DNA of 64,000 nt from an uncultured delta proteobacterium (GTDB taxonomy: Bacteria; Desulfobacterota; Binatia; Binatales; Binataceae): assembly GCA_963711565.1 (NCBI GenBank), contig CAVQEQ010000003.1, positions 1,376,001 to 1,440,000 of the forward strand, given 5' to 3'. The notes below the pieces were generated by a model. That model was not told where the DNA came from and ran no database searches. It saw only the letters and a list, made by a program, of their open reading frames with translations. Position numbers and translations under genes: made by a program. Positions 57,589 to 64,000 of this stretch are shown piece after piece (the stretch's first letter is position 1; every line of letters starts with the position of its first letter).

Positions 57589-58029
57589 ATGGCGAACGAA
57601 TCGAAAACGTACTTGCCCGCGGGGATGCCGGCGCCGGAAGCGACGCGCGACGGGTTGGATCGCGAATTCTGGGACGCGGCGAAGCGTCACGAGCTCGTCG
57701 TGCAGAAGTGCAATTCATGCGGCACGTTCCAATTCGGCCCCGAATGGATTTGTCACAAGTGCCACACGCTCGAACTCGGATGGCATCGCGTGTCAGGCCG
57801 CGGCCGCGTCTATAGCTGGGAGCGCGTCTGGCACCCAGCGCATCCCGCGCTGAAGTCCGCGTGTCCTTATATTGTAATGGTAGTGGAACTCCCCGACGCC
57901 GGCAACGTGAGAATGGTCGGCAACCTGCTAGGCGACCCGGCGCGCGAAGTGCCCTTCGACGCGCCAGTCGAAGCCGTCTTCGAGGATCACCCCGAAGGCT
58001 TCACGCTGATTCAGTGGCAACTCGCTTAG
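57589..58029 (+). CDS. Zn-ribbon/OB-fold (DUF35) protein
   Basis: Motifs 'FWDAA..HEL.VQKC..CG...C.KC', 'SGRG.VYSW' and 'PY...VVEL'. Confidence 0.9.
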   Translation: MANESKTYLPAGMPAPEATRDGLDREFWDAAKRHELVVQKCNSCGTFQFGPEWICHKCHTLELGWHRVSGRGRVYSWERVWHPAHPALKSACPYIVMVVELPDAGNVRMVGNLLGDPAREVPFDAPVEAVFEDHPEGFTLIQWQLA

Positions 58030-58032
58030 GGC

Positions 58033-58696
<664 letters not shown>

Positions 58697-58750
58697 TGCA
58701 TATTAGACAACACGGTCGAAGTCCACGCGGTTCCCCACCCTTAAATTAGA

Positions 58751-59125
58751 TTATTCGAGGGTCAGACCTGCGTGAGCCGCAAAGTTGCGAAAATCGCGGT
58801 CGCGCGTGACCAGCGCGACTTCGTGGTCAATACACGACTGGGCGATAAGGCTGTCGGCTAAGCGCGCCTTGAGACCTCGGCGCAGAAGACGCGCACGGAG
58901 TTCACCCGCACGTTCCCAGTAGCCGTCAACAATTTCAAGCCGCGGCACAGCGCGAATCAGAGTTCCAACCTCGGAACGAAGCGCGGGATCGCTCAGGAGT
59001 TCAGTCACCACCACCGGCGGAAAAATGCCCTGGCGGAACCGCAGCGCTTCCTCGACTGCGGCCACGTCCCTCCCGCGCTCGCCCGACAGGAAGGCGATGG
59101 TGGAACTGGTATCGAGAGCAATCAT
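58751..59125 (-). CDS. vapC: PIN-domain toxin (VapC-like)
   Basis: Acidic residues in 'LDTS', 'TEL', 'ADSLIA' and 'TRDRDF'. Confidence 0.88.
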   Translation of the reverse strand: MIALDTSSTIAFLSGERGRDVAAVEEALRFRQGIFPPVVVTELLSDPALRSEVGTLIRAVPRLEIVDGYWERAGELRARLLRRGLKARLADSLIAQSCIDHEVALVTRDRDFRNFAAHAGLTLE

Positions 59126-59340
59126 CTTCGGTCTTGCCGCAGTTCGCGCAAATCCACCGAGAATTTCACCTTGCCGCGCATTTTCAGCAGACCGTCGTAA
59201 GCTTCGCCGGCCGCCAGCAATTCGAGTCCTTTGCGCACCGTTTCGCTGACCCCGGCGCGAGCAGCTCTTTGCGCCTTGTTCAACAATTCACTGCGAACGT
59301 GCACGGTAATTTTTCGCTCGGCTTTCATTGCCATAAGCAT
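59122..59340 (-). CDS. Putative antitoxin (VapB/RHH-like)
   Basis: Small basic ORF overlapping the PIN start (ATGA); 'KITVHV..ELL..A......SETVRKGL'. Confidence 0.75.
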   Translation of the reverse strand: MLMAMKAERKITVHVRSELLNKAQRAARAGVSETVRKGLELLAAGEAYDGLLKMRGKVKFSVDLRELRQDRR

Positions 59341-59417
59341 ACCAGAATTCGATGCCGTAACTATATATGGCTATTGGAGGGAGACTTACGTCGCATCGTC
59401 GAGCGATGCGCGCAACG

Positions 59418-60491
59418 CTAGATCTGATACACGAACAGCTGCTGTTCTTTGGGTCTCAGGAACACGTGGGCACCCGTTTCCAGGTGCAGCGTCTGGTAGT
59501 GCTCGTGGCTGATTTCGACTTGCACCATGTCGCCCCATTCGGCGACCAGCTCGACTTTGACCTGCGGGCCGGCGGGGTTGATCGTCTTCACGGTGGCCGG
59601 GAACGTCTGCTTGCCGTTGGGCTGCATCACGATTTCCAGCAGATGCGGCCGCACGTACAGCACCGCCTTGCCGTTCTCCGCCGGATGCGCGTGGGCGTGG
59701 GTATTGTCGAGCTCGACGGCGGTGTCGCCTAGGAACACGCGCCCGTTCTCGATTCGGCCGTGGAAGAGGTTCACGTTGCCCAGGAAGTTGTACACGAAGG
59801 CGTTGGCAGGATGGTGATAGACTTCCTCGGCCGTGCCGATCTGCTCGATACGTCCCTGGTTCATCACGACGATACGATTGGCGAGTTCGAGCGCCTCTTC
59901 CTGGTCGTGCGTGACGAAGACGCTGGTGATTTTGATCTCGTCGTGCAGCCGCCGGAGCCATCGGCGGAGTTCCTGACGGACCTTGGCGTCGAGCGCGCCG
60001 AACGGCTCGTCCAGCAGCAGGACTTTCGGCTCGACGGCGAGCGTGCGCGCGAGCGCGACGCGCTGGCGCTGGCCGCCGGAGAGCTGCGAGGGATAGCGGT
60101 CCGCGAGAAAGTCGAGCTGCACGAGTTTCAGCAGCTCATGCACGCGCCGCGCGACTTCGGTCTCGGCGGGACGCTCACGCCGCGGCAGCACGCGCATTCC
60201 GAAGGCGACGTTTTCGAATACCGTCATGTGGCGAAACAGCGCGTAATGCTGAAAGACGAAGCCGACCTTGCGCTTGCGGACGCTGACCGCGCTCGCGTCC
60301 TCGCCATGGAACAGCACCTCGCCGGTGTCCGGCGTTTCCAGTCCCGCGATTATTCTCAGCAGCGTGGTCTTGCCCGAGCCTGACAGCCCCAGCAACGCGA
60401 CGAGCTCGCCGGTTTCGATGTGCAGGTTGATATTGTCAACCGCAACGAAGTCGCCGAACCTCTTGCTGATGTTTTTGAGCTCGATACTCAT
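59418..60491 (-). CDS. cysA: Sulfate ABC transporter ATP-binding protein
   Basis: Walker A 'GLSGSGKT', '[15 protein letters not shown]' and '[15 protein letters not shown]'; TOBE tail. Confidence 0.95.
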   Translation of the reverse strand: MSIELKNISKRFGDFVAVDNINLHIETGELVALLGLSGSGKTTLLRIIAGLETPDTGEVLFHGEDASAVSVRKRKVGFVFQHYALFRHMTVFENVAFGMRVLPRRERPAETEVARRVHELLKLVQLDFLADRYPSQLSGGQRQRVALARTLAVEPKVLLLDEPFGALDAKVRQELRRWLRRLHDEIKITSVFVTHDQEEALELANRIVVMNQGRIEQIGTAEEVYHHPANAFVYNFLGNVNLFHGRIENGRVFLGDTAVELDNTHAHAHPAENGKAVLYVRPHLLEIVMQPNGKQTFPATVKTINPAGPQVKVELVAEWGDMVQVEISHEHYQTLHLETGAHVFLRPKEQQLFVYQI

Positions 60492-61372
60492 GCCGCAACT
60501 TTGACCGCCAGGTCGTCCTGCTCCTGCTTCACGGGAACTACGCGGCGCTCGAGGTAATACTTGGCGATGAGCGTCGCGATCGCGAGCAGGGTGAGCAGCG
60601 ACGAAACCGCAAACGCAGCCGCGAACTGGAAGTCATTGTACAGAATCTCGACGTACAGCGGCATCGTGTTGGTATGCCCGCGGATATGCCCCGAAACGAC
60701 CGAGACTGCTCCGAACTCGCCCATCGCGCGCGCGTTGCATAACACCAGCCCATAAAGCAGCCCCCACTTGACGTTGGGGATCGTCACGCGAAAGAACATT
60801 TGCCAGCCGCCTGCGCCCAGCACGATCGCGGCTTCTTCTTCCTCGCTGCCGACCGCCTGCATGATCGGAATCAGCTCGCGCGCGGCGAGTGGAAACGTCA
60901 CGAAGATTGTCGCGAGCACGATGCCCGGCTCGGCAAAGATGATCCTGATGCCGTGATCGGCGAGCCATCCGCCGAGCGGCGCGCGCACGCCGAGCAGCAG
61001 CACGAACAGCATCCCCGCGATTACCGGCGAGACCGAGAACGGGATGTCGATCAACGTCAGCAGGGTTTGCTTGCCGGGGAAATCGAAGCGCGCGATTGCC
61101 CATGACGCGGCGATGCCAAAAGTAACGTTGAGCGGCACCGCGATCGCGGCGGTCATCAGGGTCAGGCGAATCGCGGCGCGAGCCTCGGGATCGACGATCG
61201 CCGCGAGGTAAGCGCCGAGTCCATTCTGCAGCGCTTCGGTAAAGACCGCGATGACCGGGATGAAAATAAACAGCGCGACGAACGTCAGTGCGGTCGCGAT
61301 CAACGCGATTCTGACCGCGGGCGGATCCGCGGTCCCGGGCCTCTTCGGCGTAAATTCGGACTGGGTGGCCAT
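60488..61372 (-). CDS. cysW: Sulfate ABC transporter permease CysW
   Basis: Motifs 'DIPFSVSPV', '[10 protein letters not shown]' and '[15 protein letters not shown]'. Confidence 0.93.
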   Translation of the reverse strand: MATQSEFTPKRPGTADPPAVRIALIATALTFVALFIFIPVIAVFTEALQNGLGAYLAAIVDPEARAAIRLTLMTAAIAVPLNVTFGIAASWAIARFDFPGKQTLLTLIDIPFSVSPVIAGMLFVLLLGVRAPLGGWLADHGIRIIFAEPGIVLATIFVTFPLAARELIPIMQAVGSEEEEAAIVLGAGGWQMFFRVTIPNVKWGLLYGLVLCNARAMGEFGAVSVVSGHIRGHTNTMPLYVEILYNDFQFAAAFAVSSLLTLLAIATLIAKYYLERRVVPVKQEQDDLAVKVAA

Positions 61373-61380
61373 CGCGAAGG

Positions 61381-62208
61381 TCAGGCCGCCAGCCGGCGGC
61401 TGCTCCACCTTTGCAGGACGTTGATGCCGAGCAGAATCGCGAATGACGCCGTCAGCATCACGACCGCGATTGCCGTGGCGCCGGCGTAGTCGAACTGCTC
61501 GAGCTTGCTCATGATCAGCAACGGCACCACCTCGGTATGCATCGGCATGTTGCCCGAGATGAACACCACCGAGCCGTATTCGCCGAGTGCGCGCGCGAAT
61601 GCGAGCGCGAATCCGGTGAGCGACGCCGGAATCAGCGCGGGCGCGATCACCAACATAAAGGTCTGCATCCGGCTCGCGCCGAGCGTCGCCGCCGCTTCCT
61701 CGTATTCCTGATCGAGATCCTCGAGGACAGGCTGGATCGTGCGGACGACGAACGGCAGTCCGACGAAGGTGAGCGCGACCACCACACCGAGCGGCGCATA
61801 CGCGACTTTTATTCCAAGCGGCGCGAGGTACCGCCCAATCCATCCGTTGGTCGCGTAAATCGCGGTGAGCGTGATGCCCGCGACCGAAGTCGGCAGCGCG
61901 AACGGCAAATCGACCATCACGTCAATCAGTGTCTTGCCGGGAAATTCGTAGCGGACGAGGCTCCACGCGACGACGAATCCGAAGATCGAGTTGATCAGCG
62001 CGCCGGCAATCGAGGCGCCGAAGCTCAGCTCGTACGCCGCGATTGTGCGCGGACTCGCGACGGCAGCCCAGAACTGAGGCCAGGTCAGGGTGAAAGTCTT
62101 GAAGAAGATCGTCGAGATCGGAATCAGCACGACGATGCCGAGGTAGGCGAGCGTGAAGCCGAGCGTCAGGCCGAATCCCGGCAGCACGTTGTTCCGTCTC
62201 GTTGCCAT
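61381..62208 (-). CDS. cysT: Sulfate ABC transporter permease CysT
   Basis: Motifs 'VLPGFGLTLG', 'DLPFALPT' and 'ARALGEYGSVVFISGN'. Confidence 0.94.
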   Translation of the reverse strand: MATRRNNVLPGFGLTLGFTLAYLGIVVLIPISTIFFKTFTLTWPQFWAAVASPRTIAAYELSFGASIAGALINSIFGFVVAWSLVRYEFPGKTLIDVMVDLPFALPTSVAGITLTAIYATNGWIGRYLAPLGIKVAYAPLGVVVALTFVGLPFVVRTIQPVLEDLDQEYEEAAATLGASRMQTFMLVIAPALIPASLTGFALAFARALGEYGSVVFISGNMPMHTEVVPLLIMSKLEQFDYAGATAIAVVMLTASFAILLGINVLQRWSSRRLAA

Positions 62209-62232
62209 CGCGCTATCTTCTCTCCGACTCCG

Positions 62233-63270
62233 CTAACTTCCCGGCTGATATATCTTGTCGAATACGCCGCCGTCGCCGAAGAACTTCGGCTGCGCCTTTT
62301 TCCATCCGCCGAAATCCGCGTCGATCGTGAGCATCGGCAGGCTCGGGAATTTGCTTGCATACTTCGCGGCGACGGCCTTGTCTTGCGGACGGAAGAAATT
62401 CTGCGCGACTATTTCCTGTCCCGCCGGCGTGTAGAGAAATTCCAGGTACGCCTTCGAGATCGCCTCGGTACCGTGCTGCTTATCCACCTTGTCCACCCAT
62501 GCGACGGGCGGCTCGGCCTTGATGCTCAGCGACGGATACACGACCTCGAACTTGTTGGCGCCAAAATCCTTGATCGCCATCCCCGCCTCGTTCTCCCACG
62601 CGATCAGCACGTCGCCGATTCCGCGCTCGACAAAGGTAGTCGTTGAGCCGCGCGCACCGGAATCGAGCACGGGCACGTTTTTGTAAAGCGCACTGACGAA
62701 CGCCGCGGCCTTGGCCTCGTCGCCGCCGTTCTTCTTCAGGGCGTAGCCCCACGCCGCGAGGAAATTCCATCGCGCGCCGCCAGAGGTCTTCGGATTCGGC
62801 GTGATCACCGAGATGCCCGGCTTCACCAGGTCATCCCAATCCTTGATGTTTTTGGGATTGCCCTTGCGCACCAACAGCACGATGGTCGAGGTATAGGGGC
62901 AACTGTTATCGGGGAGCCGCGATTGCCAGTCCGCGGGCAGCAAGCCCGCCTTGTCGACGATCGCATCGATGTCGCCCGCGAGTCCCAGCGTCACGACGTC
63001 GGCCTCGAGGCCGTCGATGACCGCGCGCGCCTGTTTGCCCGAGCCGCCGTGCGATTGGTTGATCGTAACGTCGTCACCGGTCTTTGCTTTCCAATCCTTG
63101 ACGAACTGTGCGTTGACGGCCTCGTAGAGTTCGCGGGTCGGATCGTACGAGACGTTGAGGAGCGTGATTTGAGCGGCGCGCGCGGCGCCGATGCCAAGAG
63201 CAACGCTCGCCGCCAAGGTGATGGCGGCGAGCGTATGTGTGAATTTCAATTTGCGACCGAACATTCTCAC
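62233..63270 (-). CDS. sbp: Sulfate-binding periplasmic protein
   Basis: Motifs '[13 protein letters not shown]', '[11 protein letters not shown]', '[11 protein letters not shown]' and 'AWENEA'. Confidence 0.95.
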   Translation of the reverse strand: MRMFGRKLKFTHTLAAITLAASVALGIGAARAAQITLLNVSYDPTRELYEAVNAQFVKDWKAKTGDDVTINQSHGGSGKQARAVIDGLEADVVTLGLAGDIDAIVDKAGLLPADWQSRLPDNSCPYTSTIVLLVRKGNPKNIKDWDDLVKPGISVITPNPKTSGGARWNFLAAWGYALKKNGGDEAKAAAFVSALYKNVPVLDSGARGSTTTFVERGIGDVLIAWENEAGMAIKDFGANKFEVVYPSLSIKAEPPVAWVDKVDKQHGTEAISKAYLEFLYTPAGQEIVAQNFFRPQDKAVAAKYASKFPSLPMLTIDADFGGWKKAQPKFFGDGGVFDKIYQPGS

Positions 63271-63271
63271 C

Positions 63272-64000
63272 TCAGAAGCAGATCTGGAGTTGCGACTCGA
63301 TGACGCTTTCGTTGGGCCGGTCCTTTACGTCGGCGGTCGTGCCAGCGCCGCCATTGAAGTAGGTATTCGCGTAGTCGGTCTGCCACTTGATGTTGGCAGT
63401 CAGGTACCAGTTGACGCCCAACGCAAATTCGGTGGCAGTTTTCGCGGACGCACTGGGACTGGCGAAATCGAGTTGAAACTGCCGGCTGTCCGCAGCGACG
63501 TTGCTGATCCTCGCCGCAAGCTCCCATGCGCCGAACCATCCGTTGCGCGGGTCGAACGGATGAAGCGGCTTGACCCAACCATAAGACGCGTTTTCGCCGG
63601 TCAACAGGTAGGAAGCCTGCGCGAAATAGCCAGTGTCGGTGAAGGTGTCGGTCCGGTTGATGAGCCGTTTGGTCGGACCGCTCCCCAAAGTGGTGAACAG
63701 GTTGAGCGAATGCTGGTCTTGCGCGTATTCGGCCATCAAGCCGAAGGGACCCACGTAATAGTAGGCCTGAGGCTCGAGACGCGCGCGCAATCCGGACGCG
63801 GTCACGCCCTTGCCGGGTGTGAACCAGGTGCTCGCGCCGTAGGTCTTGTAGCTCGAAATCGTGCTGCCGCGCTCATCGCCGTAGGAACCGGCGAAGCCGA
63901 AGCCCAATCCCTTGAGCCACTGGTTCTCGGTGAGTTCGAACGGCGTAGCGAAGATGCGTCCGACGAAATCTTTGCCGTCGTTGTTGTCGATGTCGGTAGT
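63272..64000 (-). CDS. OprO/OprP-family anion porin, N-terminus outside the window
   Basis: Beta-barrel motifs '[11 protein letters not shown]', 'ASYLLTGE', 'GAWELAAR' and 'GVNWY'; terminal Phe; lies upstream of sbp. Confidence 0.85.
   Translation of the reverse strand, partial: TTDIDNNDGKDFVGRIFATPFELTENQWLKGLGFGFAGSYGDERGSTISSYKTYGASTWFTPGKGVTASGLRARLEPQAYYYVGPFGLMAEYAQDQHSLNLFTTLGSGPTKRLINRTDTFTDTGYFAQASYLLTGENASYGWVKPLHPFDPRNGWFGAWELAARISNVAADSRQFQLDFASPSASAKTATEFALGVNWYLTANIKWQTDYANTYFNGGAGTTADVKDRPNESVIESQLQICF

Overview
GC-rich bacterial chromosomal window of mostly core and housekeeping genes. Gene style and content suggest a deltaproteobacteria-like lineage such as Binatota, but this is inference only. 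From left to right it holds: a truncated Kelch/Thr-rich surface protein, lepB, an Fe-ADH, a GST, an APC permease, an unusual nuoE-H-J-K-L-M-N operon, rsmD-coaD-aminotransferase-GT87, three Ala-rich lipoproteins, an orphan groEL, a HEAT-repeat protein, a ferredoxin-membrane-Hsp20-like fusion with rimI, carD...ispD, selB, a NitT/TauT-type ABC system without a binding protein, flavin monooxygenases, addAB, a thiolase-like/DUF35 pair, msrB, a vapBC-type TA pair and a porin-sbp-cysTWA sulfate uptake operon. Best signals: (1) a hidden selenoprotein, where two ORFs join through an in-frame UGA in a WASW-U-GC redoxin motif followed by a SECIS-like hairpin, with selB in the same window; (2) a YfhL-ferredoxin/transmembrane/alpha-crystallin-like fusion; (3) a 63-bp near-perfect palindrome inserted in frame inside selB; (4) a ~50-bp structured element present twice, 28.6 kb apart. 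Four genes carry single-base frameshifts that look like consensus errors. No rRNA, tRNA, CRISPR array or transposase was recognised.
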